The notes under the pieces were generated by a model that saw only the letters and a program-made list of their open reading frames with translations, searched no databases and had not been told where the DNA came from. A stretch of 32,000 nucleotides of DNA. It comes from Clostridium sp. (GTDB lineage: Bacteria; Bacillota; Clostridia; Clostridiales; Clostridiaceae). A program made the position numbers and the translations under genes. Positions within the stretch are counted from its first letter, which is position 1. The number at the start of each line of letters is the position of its first letter. Location: contig NZ_JBOFRG010000313.1 in NCBI RefSeq assembly GCF_051650885.1, forward strand, positions 17,354 to 49,353, written 5' to 3'. Positions 1-13,236 of this stretch are shown one piece after another.

Positions 1-621
1 ATGGCTAATATGGCTATTGAGGCAGGTGCTAAAAATGGAATATTTGTAGTTGATGAAAAGACTGTTGAATATATGAAAGAGCATAGTAAAAGAGAGTGGA
101 CAATCTATGAGGCAGATGAAGATGCAGTTTATGAAAAGACTTACGAGATAGATTTAAGTCTTATAAGACCAACTGTTGCTTTTCCACATTTACCAGATAA
201 CACAAAAATTATAGATGAAGTTTCTGACATAGAAATTGACCAAGTTGTTATTGGTTCATGTACTAATGGAAGAATTTCAGATTTAAGAATAGCAAGAGAT
301 ATATTAAAAGGAAATAAGGTACATGAAAATGTTAGATGTATTGTATTCCCTGGAACTCAAAAAATATATTTAGATGCAATAAAAGAGGGGATTATTACAG
401 ATTTAATAGAATCAGGAGTAGCAGTTTCAACTCCAACTTGTGGACCTTGTTTAGGTGGACATATGGGTATATTAGCTAAGGGGGAAAGATGTGTTTCAAC
501 AACAAATAGAAACTTTGTAGGAAGAATGGGACATGTTGAATCAGAAATATATTTAGCTAGTCCAGCAGTTGCAGCAGCATCAGCTATTAAAGGTAAAATA
601 TTTAATCCAGAGCTAATATAA
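1..621 (+). CDS. leuC: 3-isopropylmalate dehydratase large subunit, C-terminal part (5' end outside window)
   Basis: ORF is open at the window start. Aconitase-family motifs GSCTNGR and [11 protein letters not shown] (Fe-S ligand cysteines) and NRNFVGRMG are present. It is followed directly by leuD and leuB. Confidence 0.9.
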   Translation: MANMAIEAGAKNGIFVVDEKTVEYMKEHSKREWTIYEADEDAVYEKTYEIDLSLIRPTVAFPHLPDNTKIIDEVSDIEIDQVVIGSCTNGRISDLRIARDILKGNKVHENVRCIVFPGTQKIYLDAIKEGIITDLIESGVAVSTPTCGPCLGGHMGILAKGERCVSTTNRNFVGRMGHVESEIYLASPAVAAASAIKGKIFNPELI

Positions 622-634
622 AGGGGGCATGAAA

Positions 635-1129
635 ATGAAAGCAAGGGGAACTGTTTTTAAGTATGGAGATAATGTAGATACAGATGTTATTATTCCAGCT
701 AGATATTTAAATACATCTGACCATAAAGAGCTTGCAAAGCATTGTATGGAAGATATTGATGTAGATTTTATTAAAAATGTTAAAGAGGGAGATATTATTG
801 TTGCAAATAAGAATTTTGGATGTGGTTCATCAAGAGAACATGCACCAATAGCAATAAAAGCAGCGGGAGTAAGCTGTGTTATAGCATCAACATTTGCAAG
901 AATATTTTATAGAAATGCGATAAATATAGGACTTCCAATTTTAGAGTGTGATGAGGCAGCAAAGAAAATAGAAAAAGACGATGTTGTGGAAATTGATTTT
1001 AATACTGGAGTTATAAAAAATGTAACTAAAAATGAAGAGTATAAGGGTGAAGCCTTTCCAACGTTTATGCAAGAAATAATAAATTGCAATGGGCTAATTG
1101 GTTATATAAAGAAAAAGGAGGAAAAGTAA
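635..1129 (+). CDS. leuD: 3-isopropylmalate dehydratase small subunit
   Basis: [26 protein letters not shown]-terminus and the [10 protein letters not shown] motif are typical of LeuD. The AAGGGGG RBS (621-627) sits 7 nt before ATG 635. The ORF-track ATG at 629 is only 1 nt from the RBS. Confidence 0.9.
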   Translation: MKARGTVFKYGDNVDTDVIIPARYLNTSDHKELAKHCMEDIDVDFIKNVKEGDIIVANKNFGCGSSREHAPIAIKAAGVSCVIASTFARIFYRNAINIGLPILECDEAAKKIEKDDVVEIDFNTGVIKNVTKNEEYKGEAFPTFMQEIINCNGLIGYIKKKEEK

Positions 1130-1130
1130 A

Positions 1131-2210
1131 GTGGATTTTAAGATAGCTGTTATTCCAGGTGATGGAATAGGACCAGAAGTTGTAGATGAGGGACTTAAGG
1201 TTTTAAATAAGATTGGTGAAAAGTTTAATCATAAATTTAACTATACATTCCTTCAAGCGGGAGGCTGTGCAATTGATGCATATGGAGTGCCATTACCAGA
1301 AGATACTTTAGAGGAATGTAAAAAAAGTGATGCAGTTATAATGGGAGCAATTGGTGGATTAAAGTGGGACAATCCAAGTGCAAAGATAAGACCAGAACAA
1401 GCAATACTAGGGTTAAGAAAAGGACTAGGATTATATTGTAATTTAAGACCAGCAGTTCTTCATAAAGCTTTAAAAGAAGCATCACCTTTAAAGGATTCAA
1501 TAATTGGAGATGGAATTGATGTTCTTGTAGTTAGAGAGTTAACTGGAGGAATTTATTTTGGAGATAGAGGACTAGCTTTTGTAAATGGTGTGGAAGAGGC
1601 TTTTGATACATTAAAATATAATGAAAATGAAGTAAGAAGAATAGCAAAGCTTTCTTTTGAAGCAGCTATGAAAAGAGATAAAAGATTAACTAGCGTGGAT
1701 AAAGCAAATGTTTTAGATTCTTCAAGATTATGGAGAAGAATTGTAGAAGAAATATCAGAAGATTATCCAGAGGTTCAGTTAAGCCACATTTATATAGACA
1801 ATGCAGCAATGCAACTTGTAAAAAATCCAAAGCAATTTGATGTAATTTTAACTGATAATATGTTTGGAGATATTTTATCAGATGAAGCTAGTATGATAAC
1901 AGGTTCAATAGGAATGTTACCATCTGCATCATTAGGAGATAATAGTTTTGGATTATATGAGCCTATTCATGGAAGTGCACCAGATATTGCAGGAAAGGGA
2001 ATTGCAAATCCTCTTGCAACTATACTTTCTGTTTCAATGATGCTTAAGTATACATTTGGGCTTGAAGAAGAAGCAAAAGCTATTGAAGATGCAGTAACAA
2101 ATGCATTAGAAGATGAATATAGAACAGCAGATATCTTTAGTGAAGGAATGAAAAAAGTAGGAACAAAGGAAATGGGGGACTTAGTTATAGAGAAAATTAT
2201 GGGGGTATAA
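1131..2210 (+). CDS. leuB: 3-isopropylmalate dehydrogenase
   Basis: [14 protein letters not shown]-terminus and the [26 protein letters not shown] motif match the isocitrate/isopropylmalate dehydrogenase family. GTG start is 1 nt after the leuD stop with an AAGGAGGAAAAG RBS. Confidence 0.92.
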   Translation: MDFKIAVIPGDGIGPEVVDEGLKVLNKIGEKFNHKFNYTFLQAGGCAIDAYGVPLPEDTLEECKKSDAVIMGAIGGLKWDNPSAKIRPEQAILGLRKGLGLYCNLRPAVLHKALKEASPLKDSIIGDGIDVLVVRELTGGIYFGDRGLAFVNGVEEAFDTLKYNENEVRRIAKLSFEAAMKRDKRLTSVDKANVLDSSRLWRRIVEEISEDYPEVQLSHIYIDNAAMQLVKNPKQFDVILTDNMFGDILSDEASMITGSIGMLPSASLGDNSFGLYEPIHGSAPDIAGKGIANPLATILSVSMMLKYTFGLEEEAKAIEDAVTNALEDEYRTADIFSEGMKKVGTKEMGDLVIEKIMGV

Positions 2211-2213
2211 AAT

Positions 2214-3872
2214 ATGAGAAGTGATAGAGTAAAAAAAGGTGTAGATAAAGCACCTCATAGGTCATTATTTAAGGCAACGGGCTTAACTGATGATGAAATA
2301 GATAGACCGTTAATTGGTATAGTTTCAGCACAAAATGATATTATTCCAGGTCATGTACATTTAAATACAATAGTTGAAGCGGTTAAAAAAGGAGTTCTTT
2401 CAAATGGTGGAACACCTCTTGTATTTCCTGTAATAGGAGTGTGTGATGGAATTGCAATGGGGCATATAGGAATGAAATATTCTTTAGCAACAAGAGAGCT
2501 TATAGCAGATTCTATTGAATGTATGGTAAATGCTCATGGATTTGATGCATTAGTATTTGTACCGAACTGCGATAAGATAGTTCCAGGTATGATAATGGGT
2601 GCATTAAGAATGAATATTCCATCAATTTTTATAAGTGGTGGACCAATGCTTGCAGGAAAAGCTAAGGGAAAAGATATTTCATTATCAACTATGTTTGAAG
2701 CAGTTGGAGCTTTTGAAGCAGGGAAAATAAATAAAGAAGATTTCTGTGATATGGAAAATAAGGCATGCCCAACATGTGGGTCATGTTCAGGAATGTTTAC
2801 AGCAAATTCTATGAACTGTTTAACTGAAGTTTTAGGACTTGGATTACCTGGGAATGGGACAGTGCCAGCAGTATATTCAGAAAGAATAAGACTTGCAAAG
2901 ATGGCTGGAAAAGCTATTATGAGCATTTTAGAAAAAGATATAAAACCAAAGGATATTGTAACAGAAAAATCTATAAAGAATGCTTTAACTGTTGATATGG
3001 CACTTGGATGTTCAACAAATTCAGTACTTCATTTAACTGCAATATCAGCAGAGGCAGAAGTAGAAATGAATTTGGATATTATAAATGAAATATCAGAAAA
3101 AACACCAAATCTTTGTAGACTTGCACCAGCATCTGATACACATATTGAAGATTTGTATTGGGCGGGAGGAATAACTGCTGTTATGAATGAATTATCTAAA
3201 AAAGGATTGTTAGAAGAAGAGTGCATAACAGTAACAGGAAAAACACAAGGTGAAAATATAAAAGAAGTTAAAGTTAAAAATTATGATGTCATAAAAAATA
3301 TAGAAAAGCCATATAGTGAAACAGGTGGAATTAGAGTTTTAAGAGGAAATATTGCTTTAGACGGTGCTGTTGTTAAAAAGTCAGCAGTAGTTCCTGAAAT
3401 GCTTAAGCATGAAGGTACGGCAAAAGTATTTAACTCTGAAGAAGAAGCTATTGATGGAATTAAGACAGGGAAAATAGTTTCAGGTGATGTAGTTGTAATA
3501 AGATATGAAGGGCCAAAGGGTGGACCAGGAATGAGAGAAATGCTTTCACCAACTTCAGCAATTGCAGGAATGGGACTTGATAAAAGTGTTGCATTAATAA
3601 CTGATGGTAGATTTAGTGGTGCAACAAGAGGGGCAGCAATAGGACATGTATCACCAGAAGCAGCAGAAGGTGGAGCTATTGGATTAATAGAAAATGGAGA
3701 TATAATTTCCATTGATATTATTGAAGGAAAGCTAGAGCTTAAAGTTTCAGAAGAAATCTTAAATGAAAGAAGAAAAAATCTTGTAATGCCAGAACCAAAA
3801 ATAAAAACTGGTTATTTAAAAAGATATTCTAAATTAGTAAGTTCAGCAAGTACTGGAGCAGTATTTAAATAA
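2214..3872 (+). CDS. ilvD: dihydroxy-acid dehydratase
   Basis: 552 aa from the IlvD/Edd family. Motifs seen: [49 protein letters not shown]. Confidence 0.95.
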   Translation: MRSDRVKKGVDKAPHRSLFKATGLTDDEIDRPLIGIVSAQNDIIPGHVHLNTIVEAVKKGVLSNGGTPLVFPVIGVCDGIAMGHIGMKYSLATRELIADSIECMVNAHGFDALVFVPNCDKIVPGMIMGALRMNIPSIFISGGPMLAGKAKGKDISLSTMFEAVGAFEAGKINKEDFCDMENKACPTCGSCSGMFTANSMNCLTEVLGLGLPGNGTVPAVYSERIRLAKMAGKAIMSILEKDIKPKDIVTEKSIKNALTVDMALGCSTNSVLHLTAISAEAEVEMNLDIINEISEKTPNLCRLAPASDTHIEDLYWAGGITAVMNELSKKGLLEEECITVTGKTQGENIKEVKVKNYDVIKNIEKPYSETGGIRVLRGNIALDGAVVKKSAVVPEMLKHEGTAKVFNSEEEAIDGIKTGKIVSGDVVVIRYEGPKGGPGMREMLSPTSAIAGMGLDKSVALITDGRFSGATRGAAIGHVSPEAAEGGAIGLIENGDIISIDIIEGKLELKVSEEILNERRKNLVMPEPKIKTGYLKRYSKLVSSASTGAVFK

Positions 3873-3905
3873 GAAGGGAGAGTAAGAATAAAGGAGGGGG
3901 CTATA

Positions 3906-6598
<2,693 letters not shown>

Positions 6599-6638
6599 TC
6601 ATTAAAAAGCATTCCCTAAAATAAATATATAAATTTTG

Positions 6639-6672
6639 AAAAGCCCTTGTGTCCCAAAACAAGGGCTTTTTG
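6639..6672 (+). terminator. Rho-independent terminator of the leu-ilv operon
   Basis: Stem AAAAGCCCTTGT / ACAAGGGCTTTT with loop GTCCCAAA, followed by a T-run. Confidence 0.85.
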
Positions 6673-6722
6673 TTATAATTAGTTTAAAGATTAACAGAAG
6701 AACAGAGGAACAAGGTGAGTAA

Positions 6723-7391
6723 ATGGTAGATTTTAAAGAGAAAGTTACAATAAGTAAAAAGCGAATGAAAAACATAAGCATTAGAATTCGTGATGGGAAG
6801 ATTTTAGTATCGGCACCTTTAGGAATATCGGATGAGTATATCTTTGACTTGTTAGAGAAGAAGAGAATATGGATAGAAGAAAAGTTAAAAGTGAAGAGTG
6901 AATTTAAAGTTAACGAGTTATTAAAGAGAGAAAAAATTGAAGACGGAGAGAAGGTTAACTATCTAGGCAAGGAGTATAATATTAAAATAGAAGAAAGAAG
7001 TAATGGGGGGATTGAATTCGCAGAAGAGGATTTGATTATTAATTGTTATAAAAAAGAAAATGCTTTAGAAATATTGAAAAAATTTTACATAGATAGCATA
7101 AATAGAATTTTGATAGAAAAATTAAATGAAATGAAAGAATATACAGGATTGATTCCAAGACGGATGACCATTAAATTTATGACTACGAGATGGGGAAGTT
7201 GTAACAAGGCGAAAGGATTTGTTAATTTAAATGGGGAGCTTATAACAAAAAGAGAGAAGGCTATTGAGTATGTTATAATTCATGAATTATGCCATTTAAT
7301 CCATCCAAATCATTCAAGAGAGTTTTATAGTTTAGTAGAAAAGTATATGAAGGATTATAGAGAAGAAGAAGTTTATTTGAATGGAAGATAA
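6723..7391 (+). CDS. YgjP-like (DUF45 / M48-related) zinc metallopeptidase
   Basis: 222 aa. C-terminal HELCHLIHPNHS (HExxH zinc motif) preceded by RWGSC, as in the YgjP/DUF45 family. Confidence 0.7.
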   Translation: MVDFKEKVTISKKRMKNISIRIRDGKILVSAPLGISDEYIFDLLEKKRIWIEEKLKVKSEFKVNELLKREKIEDGEKVNYLGKEYNIKIEERSNGGIEFAEEDLIINCYKKENALEILKKFYIDSINRILIEKLNEMKEYTGLIPRRMTIKFMTTRWGSCNKAKGFVNLNGELITKREKAIEYVIIHELCHLIHPNHSREFYSLVEKYMKDYREEEVYLNGR

Positions 7392-7467
7392 TTTTTTATC
7401 TAGGTGGCAAAGAACAGACGAGGTGCATATTATTTAGTGAGAGTAATTTTACTAAAGGGGAATAGAT

Positions 7468-8112
7468 ATGTACAAAAAGATAAAAGGAATAGCATTAAGA
7501 GTATTAACAATGATAGTATTCTTTATAGGATTAGAAGGGGTTTTTGGAATAACTGCATTAGCAGAGGAGAAGGTTAAAAGCACAAGAGATATAAATGAAA
7601 TGTATATTGCATTAGTGGTATTAGTTATTTTAGTTTGTGCTAGAGGTGTATTTGCAATATATCAATTTCACAAGACAACAACTGTCTTTAGAAAAGAAAG
7701 AGAAAAAGCTAAAAAGACATTAGAAAATCCAAGTGATAGTAGTTGGATTTATGACAATTTAATAAGCAGAGCTAAGATTTGTTTTAGACAAATAAATAAT
7801 AGTTTAAAAGAAGATGATTTAAGCATAATTTCAGGATATATAAGCGAAGAGTTTAGTGATAATATAGATGAAAAATTAAAAAATGGAAGACTAGAAGAAA
7901 TAGAAATATTAAAGGTAGTGCCTATAAAAGCTATAGATAAGATTGGGGATTCAGAAGATTTAGTCGTACTGATAATTAAATATAAGGGACTTAAGAATGG
8001 ATATTTAAGAGAAGAAGAAGAAATATGGACATATATAAAGAAACATGGAGTTTGGGTAGCAGATAAATTTGAAAAATCAAACTTGAAAATAGATTTAGAG
8101 GATATTAAATAA
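7468..8112 (+). CDS. membrane-anchored protein with a probable C-terminal Tim44-like domain
   Basis: N-terminal signal/TM segment plus a second TM (YIALVVLVILVCARGVFAIY). The C-terminal ~120 aa pattern (W..D.L...A...F..I....K..D...I..Y.S.....I......G.....I......W.....) resembles Tim44-like/SnoaL-fold domains. Function unknown. Confidence 0.45.
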   Translation: MYKKIKGIALRVLTMIVFFIGLEGVFGITALAEEKVKSTRDINEMYIALVVLVILVCARGVFAIYQFHKTTTVFRKEREKAKKTLENPSDSSWIYDNLISRAKICFRQINNSLKEDDLSIISGYISEEFSDNIDEKLKNGRLEEIEILKVVPIKAIDKIGDSEDLVVLIIKYKGLKNGYLREEEEIWTYIKKHGVWVADKFEKSNLKIDLEDIK

Positions 8113-8126
8113 ATTTTAGGCATATA

Positions 8127-8160
8127 AAAACCAGTAAGAGTGATTTTCTTACTGGTTTAA
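8127..8160. terminator. bidirectional terminator between convergent genes
   Basis: Stem AAACCAGTAAGA / TCTTACTGGTTT flanked by A-run and T-run. Lies between the 7468..8112 ORF (+) and thiT (-). Confidence 0.75.
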
Positions 8161-8179
8161 TTGATGTAAAATTTAATTA

Positions 8180-8854
8180 CTAGCCCTTAAAGTTAGGGTT
8201 TATTATTTTTAATAATCTATTTATAGGTAATAATTTAAAAATAACAATACAAATTACCATATTTATAAAACATGTTGGTAAATTATAAAGGAAGGAATAT
8301 AATGCAGGATTCATTCCAGCTGGTGCAAATGAACCAAAGAAAGCTACACCTGATATAAAGTGTGCTAAAAGGTTGAAGCAAAATGCAACAATAATTCCTA
8401 TATATTTTCTTCCCATAAAGAACCCAGCAAGTCCCATAGCGATGTTTGGAAGTGGGTAATCAAATAAGACTTGCACAGGTTGTAGAATATATGGATCTGT
8501 GATTAATGAAATAAATCCATATAAAAATCCTGTAATAAAACCAGCTTCTTTTCCATAAGCAAATGTAATTATTAAAATTGGAAGCAGTGCTCCAAGTGTA
8601 ACATCACCACCTTGTGGGAAATGATAAATTCTAAAAATACTTAAAATTAAAGATAAAGCTAATGCTATAGCAATTGAAGTAAGCATTCTTGCATTAAATT
8701 TAATTTTACTTGTTTTAAAGAAAACTATAAAGATTAATAAAAGTCCAACTAAGGCTAAAATAACCATAGGGTCTTTAACAACCTGATAAAGTTTATGAGG
8801 TAAATCAGAAAATGTTTTAAGTAATCTGTCTCCCCAGTCTGTGATTAAGTGCAT
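8180..8854 (-). CDS. thiT: ECF-type thiamine transporter substrate-binding (S) component
   Basis: Small polytopic membrane protein (~6 TM) directly downstream of a TPP riboswitch. GGAGG RBS sits 8 nt before the ATG at 8854 (MHLITDW...). The ORF-track start at 8869 overlaps that RBS. Confidence 0.75.
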   Translation of the reverse strand: MHLITDWGDRLLKTFSDLPHKLYQVVKDPMVILALVGLLLIFIVFFKTSKIKFNARMLTSIAIALALSLILSIFRIYHFPQGGDVTLGALLPILIITFAYGKEAGFITGFLYGFISLITDPYILQPVQVLFDYPLPNIAMGLAGFFMGRKYIGIIVAFCFNLLAHFISGVAFFGSFAPAGMNPALYSFLYNLPTCFINMVICIVIFKLLPINRLLKIINPNFKG

Positions 8855-8914
8855 AAAAAAAACCTCCATTTTGTGCTAGAAGGCTTAAACATGTATCATT
8901 GTATTTTTGAAACA

Positions 8915-9006
8915 TTTAAAGCTTTCCTACGCTAGTATTATCTAGATCAGGTAAAAGGGTTAATGATAAAAATCATCTCTCAGCCAATGGCACCCCTAGC
9001 ACGAAT
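8915..9006 (-). promoter_or_regulatory. TPP (THI-box) riboswitch
   Basis: The minus strand reads GCTAGGGGTGCCATTGGCTGAGAGATGA...TCATTAACCCTTTTACCTGATCTAGATAATACTAGCGTAGGAAAGC. This matches the conserved GGGGUGC / CUGAGA / ACCC..ACCUGAUCUGGAUAAUACCAGCGUAGGGAA core. Confidence 0.88.
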
Positions 9007-9108
9007 AATTATTAATTAACAACTTAATTCTAAAACTATATTTATAAAAAGTCAAATAATAGCAGAATAATGGGAAAAAGAAAGTTTAAGAAAGAAAGGT
9101 GTCAGTTT

Positions 9109-9738
9109 ATGAAGATTTATGATATAACACATACAATAGAAAATAATATGACAGCATATTGTAAAGAGGAAAAAGTACAAATAAAAAGCTTGTGGTCAGT
9201 AGAAAATGAGGGATATAACGTTACTGAATTAATGATAAATACTCATAGTGGAACTCATATAGACATGCCAAAGCATTTATTCCAAAATGGAGAAGACTTA
9301 GAGTGGTTTACAGAGGATAAATTTATAGGAAAGGCTTTTGTTTTAGATTGTAGAAAACAAAAAGAGATAAGTAAAAGTTTTATTGAAAAGAATATAAAGG
9401 ATATTAAAACTTACAGATATTTGTTATTTAAAACAGGTACAGAAGGATTATGGGGAAATGAAGCATATCTAAAGGAATATATTACTTTTACAAAAGATGC
9501 TGTAGATTTCCTAGGAAATTTAGATAATTTATATGGTATAGGAATTGATGCAATTTCGATAGATGGAGTAGACTGTGAAGAGTTAGAAAATCATAAAGGA
9601 ATATTAGGTAGTGGAAAGATAATTTTAGAGAACTTATGTAATTTGAAGGATTTAGAAGGTGAATTTGAAATAATTATAGCACCACTAAAGATTAAAGCAG
9701 GGGACGGAGCACCAGCAAGAATTTTATTAAGAAAATAG
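9109..9738 (+). CDS. cyclase-family protein (kynurenine formamidase-like metal hydrolase)
   Basis: HSGTHIDMPKH matches the HxGTHxDxPxH signature of the putative cyclase / arylformamidase family. ATG 9109 (MKIYDITH) has a GAAAGGTG RBS. The ORF-track start at 9070 lacks one. Confidence 0.7.
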   Translation: MKIYDITHTIENNMTAYCKEEKVQIKSLWSVENEGYNVTELMINTHSGTHIDMPKHLFQNGEDLEWFTEDKFIGKAFVLDCRKQKEISKSFIEKNIKDIKTYRYLLFKTGTEGLWGNEAYLKEYITFTKDAVDFLGNLDNLYGIGIDAISIDGVDCEELENHKGILGSGKIILENLCNLKDLEGEFEIIIAPLKIKAGDGAPARILLRK

Positions 9739-9739
9739 C

Positions 9740-9779
9740 AAAAGTTCAGTAGAAATTAAAGAGTTTCTACTGAACTTTT
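9740..9779. terminator. bidirectional terminator
   Basis: 16-bp stem AAAAGTTCAGTAGAAA / TTTCTACTGAACTTTT between convergent genes. Confidence 0.85.
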
Positions 9780-9780
9780 C

Positions 9781-11037
9781 TTAGTTTTTTGTTTCTTCTA
9801 AGGAAGAGAGATTATTAGAGCCGACTATATTTTTTGTTCTATTTAAAGAATTATTTAATCTAGTGATTACATCACTCGATAAATTAAAATTATCGGGTGA
9901 GTTAAGGGCATCTATTACAGGAATTATCTGATGAGTAAGTGTTCCATTTTCATTTTTCTTCCTATATACCCAAGTTGGAATGATATCATAATTTTTTAAA
10001 TAGAGCTTTTCATTTTTAATACCTAGAGTTAAAGAAACAATAATACCATCTTCAGCATTATAGTTACCGATTTCCTCATAACATTGATTAGATAAAGTAT
10101 TTCCTTGAGAATAAAAAACTAAAGTTTCTTTACCTAACTTGTTTTTTAAGGTTTCATATGGTTGTATAACATGTGGATGACCACCTAAAATTACATCAAC
10201 ATTATTATTATTTAAAATTTTAGCCATTTCTTTTTGATAATTATTTTGAGTAGTATTATACTCATTTCCCCAATGGATTGAACTTATAATAAATTGTACA
10301 CCTTCTTTCTGCATATCTGAGATTATATCTTTCACTTCCTTATCAAAACTAGATAAATTATTATAGTCAAAAGAGTTTATTAAGGGTGCAAGCTCAGGTG
10401 ATAGAGGAATACTATTTATTGAATTTCCGTTATTTGCAGCAGTTCTAAAGGTGTATGCAAAAAATCCAACTTTATGGCCGTTTAAATCATAAATTAGGTA
10501 CTTAGGAGAAGAAGTATCTTTTCGAACACCAATAGTTTTAAAGTCATTTTCAGATATTTTATTAAGACTACGTTTAAAGCCTGAAATTCCTTTATCAATT
10601 GAATGATTTGTAGAGAAGTTAATAATATCAAGTCCTGAAGCTTTTAAAGAGGAAAGAAAGCTATCAGGAATATTAAATAAAGGATATCCACTAGGAGTAC
10701 CACCAGCAAAAGAACCTTCAACAATCCCTAGAGAAAGAGAGTCATTTTTTAGTAGTGGACTGATATATTCAAAGCTTCTATCAAAATTGTAGTTTCCACT
10801 TGAGGTTTTAGCACCATTAATTTGTGATTGATGAACGATTAAATTACCAAGAGAAGTTATATTGAATTCCATGTCAGAAGGTTCTTTAATTTTTATATCT
10901 TCCTTTGGAATAGCTTCAATTAATGGTGGGGTTTTACTAATAATTTTATTATTAAGAGCAAAGTACCCAAACGCAACCATAATTAAAATAAGTAAAGTTC
11001 CAATACAAAAGGGAATTAAATTTTTATTTTTTTTCAT
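9781..11037 (-). CDS. CapA-family protein (PGA_cap metallophosphatase-like, membrane anchored)
   Basis: 418 aa. N-terminal TM anchor, then blocks typical of CapA/PgsA (NFSTNHS, SIHWGNEY, ILGGHPHVIQP). Confidence 0.75.
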   Translation of the reverse strand: MKKNKNLIPFCIGTLLILIMVAFGYFALNNKIISKTPPLIEAIPKEDIKIKEPSDMEFNITSLGNLIVHQSQINGAKTSSGNYNFDRSFEYISPLLKNDSLSLGIVEGSFAGGTPSGYPLFNIPDSFLSSLKASGLDIINFSTNHSIDKGISGFKRSLNKISENDFKTIGVRKDTSSPKYLIYDLNGHKVGFFAYTFRTAANNGNSINSIPLSPELAPLINSFDYNNLSSFDKEVKDIISDMQKEGVQFIISSIHWGNEYNTTQNNYQKEMAKILNNNNVDVILGGHPHVIQPYETLKNKLGKETLVFYSQGNTLSNQCYEEIGNYNAEDGIIVSLTLGIKNEKLYLKNYDIIPTWVYRKKNENGTLTHQIIPVIDALNSPDNFNLSSDVITRLNNSLNRTKNIVGSNNLSSLEETKN

Positions 11038-11039
11038 AA

Positions 11040-11864
11040 TTAATTATTTAAGCTTGAAGTTAAAACTTGAATTTCAGAGTCTAACTCTAAAAGGTATTCT
11101 TCAAGGGTCAAATTATTCTCCTTTATAGATTTTGCATGGCTTGTGCCGACATAACGATAGTGCCATGGTTCATAATTATATGAAGTTATATTTTCTTTTC
11201 CTTTTGGATATCTTAATATAAACCCAAATTTATAAGCGTTTTCATCAAGCCACTTAAAAGCAGAAGTTTTCTCAAAAGCAGTAGTTAAAACTTGATGATT
11301 AGTGGATACAATATCTAAAGCATATCCAGTTTCATGTTCACTACTTCTTGGTGGAGCAGAGTATCTACTTGCATAATCATATCCATATTTTTTTACATTA
11401 GATTGATAAAGATTTTTTTGTGTTTCCTTTGATCTATAACCAGAAGCTCCAAGCAATGAAATACCATCTTTTTTTGCAGCATTAAACATTTCTGTTGCAG
11501 CTTTTTTTGTAGGTTCATTTAACTTTCTTGCAGTTACATAAGATATAAATGGTAAATTAGAATCTACTAGGTTATTAGGTTTATAATTATCATTTAAAAG
11601 AACTTTTTTATTACATAGCAATAAATGCTCGTCAGAACGAATTTCTTTTAAGTTATCTAAATTTTGTTTTAACTGAACCTTAGCAGAAGCCTCTTTTGTT
11701 TCTTCATCAGTAGGAACATCAGTAGAAACATTAGGAGATTCATCTGTAGAATCAGAAGTTGATTTATTAAAAAATGATTCAGAAATCATTATATTTATAA
11801 AAGAAAAAGAGACGATTAAAAGAGCACTAAAAAGAAATAAAGAAATAATTTTTTTCTTATTCAT
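11040..11864 (-). CDS. D-alanyl-D-alanine carboxypeptidase, VanY/M15B family
   Basis: N-terminal TM anchor. Motifs SGYRS, SEHETGYALD and EPWHYRYVG are the zinc-ligand/catalytic blocks of VanY-type peptidases. Its stop is 2 nt before the capA-like start, so the two form an operon. Confidence 0.8.
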   Translation of the reverse strand: MNKKKIISLFLFSALLIVSFSFINIMISESFFNKSTSDSTDESPNVSTDVPTDEETKEASAKVQLKQNLDNLKEIRSDEHLLLCNKKVLLNDNYKPNNLVDSNLPFISYVTARKLNEPTKKAATEMFNAAKKDGISLLGASGYRSKETQKNLYQSNVKKYGYDYASRYSAPPRSSEHETGYALDIVSTNHQVLTTAFEKTSAFKWLDENAYKFGFILRYPKGKENITSYNYEPWHYRYVGTSHAKSIKENNLTLEEYLLELDSEIQVLTSSLNN

Positions 11865-12092
11865 TAATTTTCACCTCTAAAAGTATTTTATTTACAATTT
11901 TACCATAAAAGATAAAAAATAAACATTAATGTAATAAAAAAGAAAGAAAATAGAAAAAAATACATGTTTTTGAGGCATTAGGTTTAAATATTAATCTTAT
12001 TATGATAAAATATTTCAGACTAAACTTATCAGAATACTTAATAGAATAAGTGAAGGAGAAAAAATTAATACTATCATTAAGGAGTGAATTAA

Positions 12093-13235
12093 ATGGAAGT
12101 ATATTTTGATAATTCGGCGACAACAAAAGCATATGATGAAGTTATTGAAGAAGTTAGCATAGGAATGAGAGAAAACTTTGGAAACCCATCCTCATTACAT
12201 AGACTTGGAATAAAAGCTGAGAAAGCACTTAATGAAACTAGAGAAGTTATAGGAAAAACTTTAAATGCATCTAAAGAGGAAATTTATTTTATTTCAGGTG
12301 CAAGTGAAGGAAATAATTTAATTTTTAAAGGAATAGCAAAGAAAGACCAACATATAATAACTACAAAATTTGAACATCAATCAGTTTTAAAAACAGCAGA
12401 AGAGTTAGAGAAAAATGGAGTAGAAGTTACATATTTAGAAGTAGATAAAGATGGAAAAATATCAATTGAAGAATTAAAAAAAGAGATTAAAAAAAATACT
12501 GTATTAGTATCAATAATGTTTGTAAATAATGAAATGGGGGCAATCCAAGATTTAGAGCAAATAGGAAATACTATAAAAGAAATTAGTAATAGAGCAAAGT
12601 TTCATGTGGATGCAGTTCAAGGTTATGGGAAGTTTAAAGTTGATGTTAAAAAGATGAAGATAGACTTATTAACAATGACAGGACATAAGATACATGGACC
12701 TAAAGGAACTGGATTTTTATATATGAAAAAGGGGATGAATATGAATTCTCTTATTCATGGTGGAAGTCAAGAAGGTTCTTTAAGAGCAGGAACACAAAAT
12801 GTACCTAGCATTTTAGGATTAAAAAAAGCCATAGAGATAGTAAATTCTAATATGAAAGAGAATTATGAAAAAGTATTTAAGTTAAAAGAATACATGATAG
12901 AAAGATTAGATGAAATAGAGGATATAAGGATTAATAGTCCAATGGATAAAACATCACCATATATATTAAATGTTTCATTTAAAGGTCTTAGAGCAGAAGT
13001 TTTACTTCATTTTTTAGAAGAAAATAATATTTACGTTTCAACAGGCTCTGCTTGTACATCAAAATCAAGTGGAGTAAATGGAAGTTATGTAATAAAAGCA
13101 TTAGGACTTTCTAATGATGAAATAAATGGAGCTATAAGATTTTCTTTTTCTGAAGAAAATACTAAGGAAGAAGTAGATTATACAATAGAAAAACTTAAAA
13201 ATGGAATGAAATTCTTGAGGAGGATGAAAAGATAA
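12093..13235 (+). CDS. cysteine desulfurase (NifS/IscS class V aminotransferase), ThiI partner
   Basis: 380 aa. YFDNSATT N-terminus, PLP-lysine block TMTGHKIHGPKG, and SGSACTS active-site cysteine loop. Its stop is 1 nt before thiI. Confidence 0.85.
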   Translation: MEVYFDNSATTKAYDEVIEEVSIGMRENFGNPSSLHRLGIKAEKALNETREVIGKTLNASKEEIYFISGASEGNNLIFKGIAKKDQHIITTKFEHQSVLKTAEELEKNGVEVTYLEVDKDGKISIEELKKEIKKNTVLVSIMFVNNEMGAIQDLEQIGNTIKEISNRAKFHVDAVQGYGKFKVDVKKMKIDLLTMTGHKIHGPKGTGFLYMKKGMNMNSLIHGGSQEGSLRAGTQNVPSILGLKKAIEIVNSNMKENYEKVFKLKEYMIERLDEIEDIRINSPMDKTSPYILNVSFKGLRAEVLLHFLEENNIYVSTGSACTSKSSGVNGSYVIKALGLSNDEINGAIRFSFSEENTKEEVDYTIEKLKNGMKFLRRMKR

Positions 13236-13236
13236 T

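Noticed and set aside
2534-3712. Minus-strand ORFs of 130, 65 and 143 aa inside ilvD. The same class occurs at 357..644, 907..1089, 3901..4200 and 5665..5865.
   Set aside because: They lie entirely antisense to strongly conserved enzyme genes. They have no RBS, and their composition (Ser/Pro/Ile/Phe-rich) is typical of the reverse frame of A/T-rich coding sequence.
9070-9108. Longer N-terminal extensions offered by the ORF track for several genes (starts at 9070, 8869, 19963, 20031, 25006, 26601, 29137 and 629).
   Set aside because: In each case the upstream start codon overlaps or abuts the Shine-Dalgarno sequence, or lacks one. An in-frame ATG 5-10 nt downstream of a good RBS also gives the family-typical N-terminus.
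11926-12132. 68-aa minus-strand ORF in the vanY / cysteine desulfurase intergenic region.
   Set aside because: It is a low-complexity Phe/Leu/Ile/Ser peptide with no RBS. It overlaps the start of the desulfurase gene and its promoter region.
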